Shown piece after piece: positions 19,401-28,200 of a DNA stretch of 34,780 nt. This DNA is from an uncultured Candidatus Saccharibacteria bacterium (GTDB lineage Bacteria; Patescibacteriota; Minisyncoccia; Phycocordibacterales; SBAW01): positions 1 to 34,780 of the forward strand of contig CAYHLQ010000002.1 of NCBI GenBank assembly GCA_964357485.1, read 5' to 3'. The notes beneath the pieces are model-generated. The model was not told the origin of the DNA. It saw only the letters and a list, made by a program, of their open reading frames with translations, and ran no database searches. Position 1 is the first letter of the stretch. The number at the start of each line of letters is the position of its first letter. The translations under genes were made by a program, and so were the position numbers.

Positions 19401-19421
19401 ACCTTCAAGTATATAGTATAT

Positions 19422-20024
19422 ATGTCATTCAAGTTTTTAATAAAACTCCTCGAGCTTATACTCCCGCCTCGGCGCACGCAAAGTCTAATCGAGCAGCTTT
19501 CGCTCACAGATTTGTTAGCCTTGCAGACAGATGAAGGCCTCCCCTACCAAGACGAGAGCGTGCGAGCGCTGGTGTGGGAGCTGAAATACTACGCAAACAG
19601 GTACGCCGCCGTGCTTGCCGGCGAGATTTTGGCCGAGGAGTTGCTGGCATTAGCCTCAGAGGAGCTGGGCCGGCTGCTTTTGGTACCGGTGCCCATGCAC
19701 AAAACTCGCCATAGCTTGCGCGGTCATAACCAGACCGAGCTGTTGTGCAAGGCGACGCTCAAGCGCCTGGGTGGCGCACTAGACTACGCCCCTGAGGCAC
19801 TCGCCCGCATACGCGCAACGCCCGAACAGCAGAAACTGTCGCGAGAGCAGAGGCTTGTAAACCTTACAAATTCGATGCGAGCCGACCCGGAAGTTGTACG
19901 CGGTCGCGCATGTATTGTAGTTGATGATGTAAAAACCACCGGCGCCACCTTGGCCGAGGCCAAGCGTGCGCTTTTAGCCGCTGGAGCATTTCGCGTACAC
20001 ACTATCGCACTAGCGCAGTCTTAG
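19422..20024 (+). CDS. comF: ComF-family phosphoribosyltransferase-fold competence protein (no N-terminal Cys zinc finger visible)
   Basis: PRTase motif IVVDDVKTTGATLAEA at the C-terminus. Size and context, divergent from pilM, also fit. Confidence 0.8.
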   Translation: MSFKFLIKLLELILPPRRTQSLIEQLSLTDLLALQTDEGLPYQDESVRALVWELKYYANRYAAVLAGEILAEELLALASEELGRLLLVPVPMHKTRHSLRGHNQTELLCKATLKRLGGALDYAPEALARIRATPEQQKLSREQRLVNLTNSMRADPEVVRGRACIVVDDVKTTGATLAEAKRALLAAGAFRVHTIALAQS

Positions 20025-20137
20025 TCTTTTCTAACAAATACGCCGCACTAGATACGGCAACTATAACTGCGCCATAGCAGACAATACTCGGAGGTGCATA
20101 GACAGCCTTTTTGGTGTAAATTGGTGGAGTAAGTAAA

Positions 20138-20228
20138 GGAGAGGTGGCTGAGCGGCTGAAAGCAGGGGATTGCTAATCCCCCATACGGGGTAATATCCGT
20201 ATCGAGGGTTCGAATCCCTCCCTCTCCG
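20138..20228 (+). tRNA. tRNA-Ser (anticodon GCT), class II long variable arm
   Basis: GGAGAGG-TG-GCT..AGC-A-GGGGA-TTGCTAA-TCCCC, long arm ATACGG..CCGTAT, then GAGGG-TTCGAAT-CCCTC-CCTCTCC-G. Confidence 0.93.
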
Positions 20229-20258
20229 CAACGATAGTTTTAGAATCTACAGTGCAGG

Positions 20259-21374
20259 CTAAGCCTTTTTCGTTTCCTGCTCCATCGCCTCGCTCCACTG
20301 GTTGCCCACCGGTTGCCCAAAAGCGGTATGCATCGCCGTTTTTGGGTTCAACATGTCGATGGCCATTCGTAGTGCTGATGGCGCAACATGCGCGTATCGC
20401 ATGGTCGTAGAGATGCTGGAATGCCCGAGTAAAGCTTGTACTGCATGGAGCGGCGCACCCTTCATGGCCAACTGGGATGCGAATGTGTGCCGCAGGCTGT
20501 GCCAAGTAAACTTGCGCAGCCCCGCTTTGGAGCGTACCTCGTCTAACCGCCGGATGATGTACTGACTGTCGAAAGGGTTCCCCTTAGAGTCTGAGAACAC
20601 GTATCCGGTATCCTGCTTTCGCCTAAAGAGCACGCCATACACATCAATATCTATCGGAATGTGCCTTTCGCGGTTGCTCTTGGGCGACTCTAGTTTGTGA
20701 GTACGGTCGTTTAGTGAGTGCCGTACCGTGATTGTCCGGTTCTCCCAGTGGATAGATGACCACTGAAGGCCCCTGAGCTCGCCTTGGCGCATCCCCGTGC
20801 GCAGTGCGGTCAATATCATGTCCTGTATCACACCCCCTGCTTTTAAGGAGAGGAGTGCGCACTCATCGGGCGATAGGAAGCCCGTTGTGGGTGGCGGACA
20901 CTTTAATAGCGTAATCTTCGGTGGTAGTCCCTTAACCTCTAGCCATTCGTAGGCAGTCCTTATGCACTTACCCAGGACTGCAAGGCGGTTGTTTACTGTT
21001 TTCGGCTTTGTGCCTTGCTTAAGCGTGTAAGCTTTGTACTGCTCGACATGTTGGGTTGTAACCTTATCTAGCGACATCTTGCCGAAGAATGGTACTAGCG
21101 ACGAGTCGAGTATGTACCTCTTCATCCGTTGCTCTTGATGCTTGTTATTTGGCACCACGTAGTCGTCAAACCACTTTTCGGCGAATTGCGCGAAGGTGTA
21201 CTCTTGCACGGCCTCTATGGGCTCTATACGCTCGCCACGCGCGAGTTTCTGCCGCAGTGTGGCTTCGTAGGCTTTTGCTCCGGCTTGCGAGTTCTCTGGG
21301 CTACGCCTGCGATAGCGCACGTACTCGTGCCGGAAGTCTACCCACCATGATTTTTTTAGTCTTCTTGCTGTCAT
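20259..21374 (-). CDS. int: tyrosine recombinase / phage-type integrase
   Basis: Catalytic motifs TGMRQGELRGLQW (Arg I), WHSLRHTFAS (H-x-x-R) and LGHSSISTTMRYAH (His, Tyr). The N-terminal SAM-like domain is basic. Confidence 0.93.
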   Translation of the reverse strand: MTARRLKKSWWVDFRHEYVRYRRRSPENSQAGAKAYEATLRQKLARGERIEPIEAVQEYTFAQFAEKWFDDYVVPNNKHQEQRMKRYILDSSLVPFFGKMSLDKVTTQHVEQYKAYTLKQGTKPKTVNNRLAVLGKCIRTAYEWLEVKGLPPKITLLKCPPPTTGFLSPDECALLSLKAGGVIQDMILTALRTGMRQGELRGLQWSSIHWENRTITVRHSLNDRTHKLESPKSNRERHIPIDIDVYGVLFRRKQDTGYVFSDSKGNPFDSQYIIRRLDEVRSKAGLRKFTWHSLRHTFASQLAMKGAPLHAVQALLGHSSISTTMRYAHVAPSALRMAIDMLNPKTAMHTAFGQPVGNQWSEAMEQETKKA

Positions 21375-21380
21375 GTTTTA

Positions 21381-21644
21381 TTAATCGATCGGCTCCACGC
21401 GTCTCTTTTGCAGGTATGCCAGTAGATCGCTTTTTGCAAAACGCAGGCTGCCGCCCACTTTGAAGAATGGGAGATGCCGCGCCTGTTGTAAGCGCCTAAC
21501 TCCTGTCATAGAGATTCTCAAGTACTTAGCTGCCTCATGGGCAGTTAAGAGCTCGATGTCGGTAGAACCGGTCGAACTATTGTCAAAGAGCGGTACAGGT
21601 TCGCTCCCTATATTGGCATATTTTTGTGGTTCCGGTTTAGGCAT
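21381..21644 (-). CDS. xis: excisionase-family / MerR-like helix-turn-helix DNA-binding protein
   Basis: LLTAHEAAKYLRISMTGVRRLQQARHLPFFKVGGSLRFAKSDLLAYL is the classic excisionase HTH pattern. It lies directly upstream of int. Confidence 0.78.
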   Translation of the reverse strand: MPKPEPQKYANIGSEPVPLFDNSSTGSTDIELLTAHEAAKYLRISMTGVRRLQQARHLPFFKVGGSLRFAKSDLLAYLQKRRVEPID

Positions 21645-21648
21645 ACTT

Positions 21649-22407
21649 TTACTGGTTCGCCGATCTCCACCGATTTATATGGGGAGCATGTATGAGGCGG
21701 CCTAAATGCGGTAAGTTTTCATAGGATATAGAGCCGTTTTCAAACCAATCCTCGAGCAACTGTTCGAGCTCTTCTTCTGAGCAATGTTTTCTGATGCCTA
21801 CTACGCGGTAATATTCTTTTTCACCAAGGACGGGCCGCTCCTTCAGCTGCTCTTGGCAGCGATCAGAAAAGGTTTCAAGAAACCCCAGCACAAAGCTACT
21901 GGGGTGTTTCACTTTCAAAGGGTCGAGAATTATGTTTTTCTCCTTCAAAGAAGAGAAAAGTTTTTCGCCAGAAAAACCCTTATTACTTATCTCTATAAGA
22001 CTATTACTATTAGGTAAATTATCTTTACTAGATCGTGGTAAAGAATTTTTACCACCCTCAACAAGTTTCTTTACCGGATGATCTTTTACTTTTCCAAAGC
22101 GACTTTCCTTGACCTTTACTACTGACTCGTGCCAACGACTCGTTGTCCGCAGCCTGGTTTTGTCTACTGGATGGCGCTCGACGAGACCATCATCTATCAA
22201 CCGTTTAATGATATTTATTACCGTCTGCTTTGTAACGCTTAGCAAAGAGGCCATTGTTACTTTACTCATATAGCACCACCCATCTTCATTCTGAGATAAA
22301 AAATAGATCATATCTGCAATGCAATATGCGGTAATAGATATGCCGAGCCGCTTTCGCGGGCCGTGTAGGAATAAAGTATGGATTTTATCTATAAGTTCAT
22401 CAGACAT
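21649..22407 (-). CDS. winged-helix DNA-binding protein, possible replication/maintenance factor of the island
   Basis: MSKVTMASLLSVTKQTVINIIKRLIDDGLVER is a wHTH-like segment. It is the first gene of the int module. Start is taken at the ATG at 22407 (MSDELIDK); the ORF track begins at a TTG at 22413. Confidence 0.55.
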   Translation of the reverse strand: MSDELIDKIHTLFLHGPRKRLGISITAYCIADMIYFLSQNEDGWCYMSKVTMASLLSVTKQTVINIIKRLIDDGLVERHPVDKTRLRTTSRWHESVVKVKESRFGKVKDHPVKKLVEGGKNSLPRSSKDNLPNSNSLIEISNKGFSGEKLFSSLKEKNIILDPLKVKHPSSFVLGFLETFSDRCQEQLKERPVLGEKEYYRVVGIRKHCSEEELEQLLEDWFENGSISYENLPHLGRLIHAPHINRWRSANQ

Positions 22408-22410
22408 AAA

Positions 22411-22471
22411 CAAGTCCGCTCTCCGCTTGGCTGGTCATAGGTGAGAACCAGCCAAGTAGAAAACGGACTTG
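22411..22471 (-). promoter_or_regulatory. 61-nt leader hairpin ending 4 nt upstream of the rep-like start codon
   Basis: CAAGTCCG...CGGACTTG outer stem and CTTGGCTGGT...ACCAGCCAAG inner stem. A GGAGAG (SD-like) sits in the internal loop. Confidence 0.55.
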
Positions 22472-22493
22472 GGGCGTTCACCTACTAGTTGTC

Positions 22494-22553
22494 GAACAAA
22501 AAACCGCGATCTCTCGCGGTTGTGGCATGGAGTCGGATACTCCATCCCACAAC
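22494..22553 (-). ncRNA. stem-loop (GTTGTGG-G-ATGGAGT..ACTCCAT-G-CCACAAC) immediately followed by an intrinsic terminator (AACCGCGA-GAGA-TCGCGGTT-TTTTT); candidate attenuator or small RNA 3' end
   Basis: Read on the minus strand. The 15-bp composite stem at 22519-22553 shares 3 nt with the terminator stem at 22502-22521. A T7 run follows. No ORF is present. Confidence 0.45.
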
Positions 22554-22711
22554 TGTGAGATTGGAGTCCCGTTTTTGGCAGATATAACCGGGCACTTGCA
22601 CTAGCGCATTGCCACTAGAGCTTTGTCATACCTGTCATGTTAATTTAAGGGTAGCAATTTTTTGAAAGTGGAGTCAATGGGGGTGTGGAATACTCTCAGC
22701 GAGACTTTTGC

Positions 22712-22743
22712 AAAGAAAAACGCGGCCCCGATGAGAGGCCGCG
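22712..22743 (-). terminator. intrinsic terminator of the 139-aa gene
   Basis: On the minus strand, CGCGGCC-TCTCATCGG-GGCCGCG followed by TTTTTCTTT. It lies 25 nt after the TGA at 22769. Confidence 0.7.
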
Positions 22744-22768
22744 CTGTCGTGTCGAAATAAACGGGAAG

Positions 22769-23188
22769 TCAGTCATCCTCGTCCGCGATGTCTTGGACGA
22801 GTAGGCCGGTTTCCTTGTCGACAACGAGGATGTCGCCATTGGCGGCGACGATCGAAGACGCTCGGACACCCAGGGGCGTGTCGAATGTTCCGTCGTCAGC
22901 AAGCCCCGGAGGCTTCTTGCCGACGGCGTAGGCTTCGAGCTTCTTCCTCGCCTCGATCTCCTCGGCGGTCTTCTTCTGCGCCTTCAGGCTCTCGACGACG
23001 CCCAGATCGCTGTTGAGGCCGACCTGGCCGATGCGTTGCTGCCACATGGCGATGATGGCGTCGTGGTTCTTGGGAATCTTCGTTTCCCTGATCAGGTACG
23101 CCAGGGTCTGCATGGAGCCCACTTCGGCCGTGTTGATGGTGGGCACGATGGACTCGTGGAAGGGCTTCAGTACGATCTCGTCGCTCAT
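22769..23188 (-). CDS. hypothetical 139-aa acidic-tailed protein in a GC-rich, GC3-biased block
   Basis: Strong SD (AAGGAG, 7-nt spacing) before the ATG, and its own terminator. Codon third positions are mostly G/C, unlike the neighbours. No motif recognised. Confidence 0.65.
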   Translation of the reverse strand: MSDEIVLKPFHESIVPTINTAEVGSMQTLAYLIRETKIPKNHDAIIAMWQQRIGQVGLNSDLGVVESLKAQKKTAEEIEARKKLEAYAVGKKPPGLADDGTFDTPLGVRASSIVAANGDILVVDKETGLLVQDIADEDD

Positions 23189-23496
23189 GGCCGGGCTCCT
23201 TTGGTTTGGCCTGCGTGATGGGTTCGACCCGCAGGAACTATGCCATACCCAGTTACCCTTAGCCAGTAGTAGAAAACGGGTCTATAATGCCCGTACAATT
23301 GAATATAAGGACCTACCCCGCGCATCCTCCTGAGGCGGCAAGGTCGACAAGTCCTGTGGCGACAAGAGAACCCATCGTGTGGGGTGTCGTCACAGGCCAT
23401 ATCTGGAAACGGGTATGTCCGGCGCAAGCTGGAGCCTCCGCGGTGGGCTTTCTCGTACCCGCCCGGCTATTACAAGCTAGGCGTTTTTATGTGGCT

Positions 23497-23676
23497 ATGA
23501 AAAAAGATGTTTTGATCTGGCAGGCACTGTTCGTAATTTTTATCGCAGTCGTAAGCATATCGTTATATTCCTACAAACATATGCTTGCGTATAAGTTCTA
23601 TACAGATTGTCTACTAAATTCCGAGGCAGTAAAACTCGATATGAGCCTGACATGTCTCGACATTACTAAAAAATAA
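23497..23676 (+). CDS. small single-TM protein, hypothetical
   Basis: MKKDVLIWQALFVIFIAVVSISLY... Start is chosen at the internal ATG of ORF 23287..23676, because the upstream part of the ORF looks non-coding. Confidence 0.4.
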   Translation: MKKDVLIWQALFVIFIAVVSISLYSYKHMLAYKFYTDCLLNSEAVKLDMSLTCLDITKK

Positions 23677-23685
23677 CAATCTACT

Positions 23686-23880
23686 ATGAAAAAGAGTGAA
23701 TTAGAGCCCGCATCAGTGGGAAGTCAGCTGGGACTAATGTTGGCGTTTTGCGTAGTAGGTTACTTTGCCGGTGGAATCTTTGGGGCAGTGGTTGGTGCAG
23801 GTTTTGCTTATGTTTCGTGGTGGCTAAGAGAAATACATTTTGCCCTCCATCAGAAGAATCACGAAAAACGAGATGAGTAA
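23686..23880 (+). CDS. small membrane protein (Gly-zipper-like helix), hypothetical
   Basis: 64 aa, containing LGLMLAFCVVGYFAGGIFGAVVGAGFAYV. It lies 9 nt after the previous stop. Confidence 0.5.
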   Translation: MKKSELEPASVGSQLGLMLAFCVVGYFAGGIFGAVVGAGFAYVSWWLREIHFALHQKNHEKRDE

Positions 23881-24235
23881 GTGGAATTCTATAGCCATAG
23901 TCGCCCTCCTGGGATTTGGTATATTTGCCTACCTACTGAGGCCTGTTTCAATACCGGCTGGAGAGGTATGGGCCTTGGATGAAATAGGAGACTCTGCTTT
24001 CAAGGAATATATGCTCAGTGTTCTCTGGCAGCGATGCCCGTTCTACAAAGATGGCGGGGCCGCCTACCGTGATTGCCTCTGGAAGGCCCGAGACAAAGCT
24101 AAGGCCGCTTATAGGGGCCAGGACAGTGCGGAGATAGAAAGCTACTGCCAAGACCTCGGAGGGCGCTTCGAGGGCCTCCTGGCGGGCGAAATAGCCATCT
24201 CTTGCGAAGCTTTCAGGTTCTCACGAGGTGGTTAG
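23873..24235 (+). CDS. signal-anchored small protein with four Cys, hypothetical
   Basis: MSKWNSIAIVALLGFGIFAYLL. Its ATG overlaps the previous stop (ATGAGTAA). The ORF track starts at 23840. Confidence 0.5.
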   Translation: MSKWNSIAIVALLGFGIFAYLLRPVSIPAGEVWALDEIGDSAFKEYMLSVLWQRCPFYKDGGAAYRDCLWKARDKAKAAYRGQDSAEIESYCQDLGGRFEGLLAGEIAISCEAFRFSRGG

Positions 24236-24918
24236 TCCCATAACTGCTCTTCCGAGTAAGCGATGAGGGTTTGCTCTATCTCTCTTGCGGTAGCCTTTTC
24301 AACGACCAAGTTACGGAGAATGGATGACGGCCGACTGCTCTTGCGGTGATTGCCGAAAATATAGTGCATGCGCGACACTGCCAGCAGCTTGTCCTTCGCG
24401 CTCATTTTGGCCAACTCCTTTTCTGTTATCGAATCCAGCAACATGTTGGTTATGCGAGTCGTTTTCTCCAAGGCCTCTTCCGCCTGTCCCTCTTGGGTCA
24501 CGGGATAGGCGGGTGGTGCGGTGGGTAGTAGGACTGGAGCTTTGACGGGTGTATCGAGGCACCACTTAAAGCGTTCGCTCCCCTCGATCACTTCTCGCAT
24601 GGCCGGAGTAACCTGATCGGGGTTGAGTTTGATATACCCGAGCACTAGTCGCACCATAGTCATCAAGCGGTAATAAAACTTCCTGTCGCCCGTCTCGCCT
24701 TGGGCTAGATGTATTCGCTCCAGAAACTCCCGGTAGTGGAGATTTGTGGCAGCTCGTTTCTCGATCACCTTACGCTTGTCGGGGGTGACGCGCCAGGCCG
24801 TACCGCCGGGTTTGGCATCGATAAACTGCTGGCAAAAGGCCAGGAAGGAAAGGTATTTGCTCTCCTCCCACTCGGACAGCTCCTTTCTGTTGGGCAGCCG
24901 GCCTAGGACATACTTCAT
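24232..24918 (-). CDS. hypothetical 228-aa protein, divergent from the helicase operon
   Basis: Long ORF with coding-like composition. It is convergent with the small-protein genes, overlapping them by 4 nt. No motif recognised. Confidence 0.6.
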   Translation of the reverse strand: MKYVLGRLPNRKELSEWEESKYLSFLAFCQQFIDAKPGGTAWRVTPDKRKVIEKRAATNLHYREFLERIHLAQGETGDRKFYYRLMTMVRLVLGYIKLNPDQVTPAMREVIEGSERFKWCLDTPVKAPVLLPTAPPAYPVTQEGQAEEALEKTTRITNMLLDSITEKELAKMSAKDKLLAVSRMHYIFGNHRKSSRPSSILRNLVVEKATAREIEQTLIAYSEEQLWD

Positions 24919-25180
24919 CTTCTTATCCTACGTTTTTATTGGATCTATTGGAATTATGATGTGGATTAGGCATCATAGTCGCTGAGGATAGTCGAACCGG
25001 CAAAAGGCCTTATTCCATAAGGCTCTCGCTTCCTGCCCTGACCTTCCTAGAAAGGGTTATCCAATACCCAATCGTTAGTATGCTTTTGGATTGGTTATTT
25101 AATTCTATTGGGGATTGGCCGCGCGACGGGCTGGAATGGACTTTCACAGTGAACCTGCACATGCCCTTGAATTGTGAAGA

Positions 25181-25186
25181 TATAAT
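25181..25186 (+). promoter_or_regulatory. possible -10 box TATAAT 32 nt upstream of the helicase ATG
   Basis: Perfect TATAAT. The nearest TTGAAT is only 8 nt upstream, so no canonical -35 is present. Confidence 0.3.
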
Positions 25187-25218
25187 GGTAGAACTAGCCT
25201 GTTCTGCATAAACATGAC

Positions 25219-28200
25219 ATGGAGAAAGATTTAGCCAATTACATTAAATACTGCTTAGGGTATGTAAGACTGACCCGCGAGCGTACGGTTGCTGCCCAGC
25301 AACGATATTCTGTTGAACTACCCAGTAAATTTTTCGAATTGGGTAGTTTGTTAAATGGAGATAGCGACGGCAAACTTGGCGAGCTTATCAAGCTTGAGAC
25401 TTTTTATAAGTACGATCCTAAGGAGGTGCCGGAGGACGAATTGGAACAGTATGAAGAAGAGAAAGCTTTTGCAAATAAAATTGAGGATATTTACAACAAG
25501 CATCGCAACGACCAATTCACAAAACAAGTCGTCTTTAATTTCGGGTATTTTGAGATAGAACTTCCTATCGAGACTAACGACACAATCGACCTTGAAGCCG
25601 AAGAAGACGAGGAATCAGTACCACCTAAGACTAAGATTGACCGCTATCCGCTCTTTGCCCTGCCGATACGCATTGAGAAAGAGATAACAAAAGCTGGTGT
25701 AGGACACTACTACATCTACTCGGTTGATCCTGATGTGCAGGTCAATATTGGCATGTTGGAGCCTATACTCGGAGCAGATTTATACTTTCAGCTTCTTGAG
25801 GAGATGGGCAAGTATGAGATGGACGGCAAGTTTAGTATGCCGATCCTTGACCTTAAACTCTTTACTGAAATATGGCGCAAGATTAAGGCCCAGTTGCGCC
25901 TTAAGGAAGCTTCTTTTGACGAAGATTCTTTTTCTCTAGAGGAAATAAAAATTGCCCTGAGTCCCAGAGCCAACTACTTCTTAGCTGAAGATCTTGCAAA
26001 GCTCTCTAAACTCTCGGAGGAGGAGCTTGGAGAAACTTCTCTTACAAGCTGGATAGACAATACCGACCTGACTATACAGGGAGAAACACCTCATGATAGC
26101 GAGCTATATTTCCCGTTCCCGTACGATAAGTACCAGCTGGCAACGCTATCATTGCTTGGCAATAAGGCAGCCATCATTCAAGGGCCGCCGGGTACCGGCA
26201 AATCGGAAACTATATCGAATATTCTTTGCCACTTGGCCGCCAATGGTAAACGCGTTCTCTTTGTAAGCCAAAAAGCTCAGGCCTTAAAGGTAGTAAAAGA
26301 CAAGCTCAAAAAGCTAGATGTAAAATATCTCTATGGGTACCTGCCAAATCCAAATTCTGCGCAGATTGGGGAGGACGATGAAGCTGATGGTATTGCGCCT
26401 CAGTTAAGTGGCTTGGGTGCCCATTTAGAGAAGTTGGGGTATGGTGCCCAACGAGACGGGTCTATAACGGGTCCGGCCGAACGAAAAGCAAAATACCAGG
26501 ATTCATTCGACAACCTTATCGCGGGCCAGCAAAGATACTACAAGCTACACCAAGAGCTGATAGGGCTTAAGGATTTTGACTTGGGCGTATCAGACCTCGA
26601 GTGCTTCACTTCAGCATTCTCGTCCGTTGCTTGGCGTGAAATTCGAGACACGAAGGCGGAGATTGAAATGCTAGGCAAATCTATAAAGAAGTATGAACGC
26701 ACCGATGAGAGGAAAGCACTTGATAAATTGTTCTCTTCTATAGACTTAAATGGAAAGACATACGCCGAATCTATTGGGTCTGTGAAAGACGATGTGGCAA
26801 AGACGGGTTATGATCGTCATTTCAATCTCTTCAGAAAAGTAAACAATGCAAGGCGTAATGTGCGCCTGGGTGGAGCTAGGGCAAAGCTGCCTCGTGAGAT
26901 AGTCGATTATGTAGACGGTATCCTCTCCGGTGATACCTCTCGCAGTGAAGCGGTAAAGTCGCTTGAATCACTACATACCCACTGTCTGTATTACGAAAAT
27001 AAGGTCAAGCTAAATGGCCTAGAAAAAAACCTAAAGTCTAGGCTATCCACTTGCGGCATCTCTAGTAAGGAGTTTGAGGCAATCGATGTGAAAGTCGAGT
27101 CTACTACTTCAGCGGACATGGATGGCGTTAAAGCCAACATGCTTCGCGTTCAGGAAATTAAGAAGGAGCTTAAAGAATTGACCACGGCCGAGAGTCTTAA
27201 CAAAGTAAGTGCAGCACTTAAGCGTACAGAAGCGGATCGTACGAAACAGATCTCCCTCTACATACAGAATATCGTTAACACCAATCTTCTTAGTAAGTGG
27301 ATGCGTGGGGTGGCAGTAAGACAAATTATCCAAAAACTTGCGCGTGCTTTTGGGAAGTCAAAACGAGCCTTTAAGACTTTCGACAACCTTCGCAAAGACC
27401 CGGATAATTTCAACGCCATCCTGGACCTTATTCCTATTTGGATTATGGAACTTGATGACGCTAGCCGCATAGTCCCACTCGAGGCAGGGATATTCGACTA
27501 TGTAATTCTTGATGAGGCTTCGCAGTGCAATGTAGCCTACACGCTGCCAGTTATGTATCGAGCTCAACGAGCGCTCTTTGTCGGAGATAGCGAGCAGATG
27601 CGCGATAGCACGATTATGTTCAAATCCAATCGCGTGTTCGATGAACTTGCACGACGATATGACATACCAGATGAGCGGCAGATAAAAGCGACTGGGAATG
27701 CCGTGCAGTCAGTCTTGGACATAGCAAAGAATCGCGGGTTTATGTATAAGACGCTTCATTATCACTACCGTTCCCCGATGGAACTTATAAACTTTAGCAA
27801 TAAGTATTTCTATAAGCCGAATGGCAAAGAGCTTATTCCGCTAAACAATAACTACCTTACCTATAAGGACACTAACCGGGTAATGGTTGTACATGAGGTT
27901 CAGTCGGACTGGAGCGAGGAAATATCAGATCATGTCAATGTAGCTGAAGCTAAATCCATATTGCAGCTCTTTGAAGAGTTGCGAGCAGACGAAAGGTACC
28001 AGGACAAGTCCATAGGCATTTTGTCGTTCTTCAACGCTCAAGCCACATTTATCCGCAAGTTATTCAATGATGCCGGCTACAAGGAAGAGGAGAACAACTA
28101 CAAAGTGAGCATTATTGAGGGTATCCAGGGCGACGAAAAAGATATCATTGTCTACTCTTTTGTAATCCGCAATCCGGCACAGAGGAATCGCTACATGCCT

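Noticed and set aside
20173-20505. 110-aa minus-strand ORF spanning the tRNA-Ser and the integrase 3' end.
   Set aside because: It overlaps a canonical tRNA and is out of frame with the strongly supported integrase. It has no motifs.
22418-22430. Possible attR for a minimal int-xis-rep element: CTCTCCGC matches the tRNA-Ser 3' end (CCCTCTCCGCA).
   Set aside because: Only 8 nt match and the flanks do not align. A match that short is expected by chance, and the sequence is part of the leader hairpin.
23210-23235. GGTTCGA-containing segments that resemble tRNA T-arms: GATGGGTTCGACCCGCAGG here, and GGTTCGACTATCC on the minus strand at about 24985-25000. They might be tRNA or att remnants marking module borders.
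   Set aside because: Neither has a 5-bp T-stem around a 7-nt loop or an adjoining acceptor strand. The second is on the wrong strand for a direct repeat of tRNA-Ser. The similarity is limited to the 7-mer.
25167-25186. TTGAAT...TATAAT read as a full sigma70 promoter for the helicase operon.
   Set aside because: The spacer is only 8 nt, and other -35-like hexamers are 20 or more nt away. Only the -10 is reported, at low confidence.
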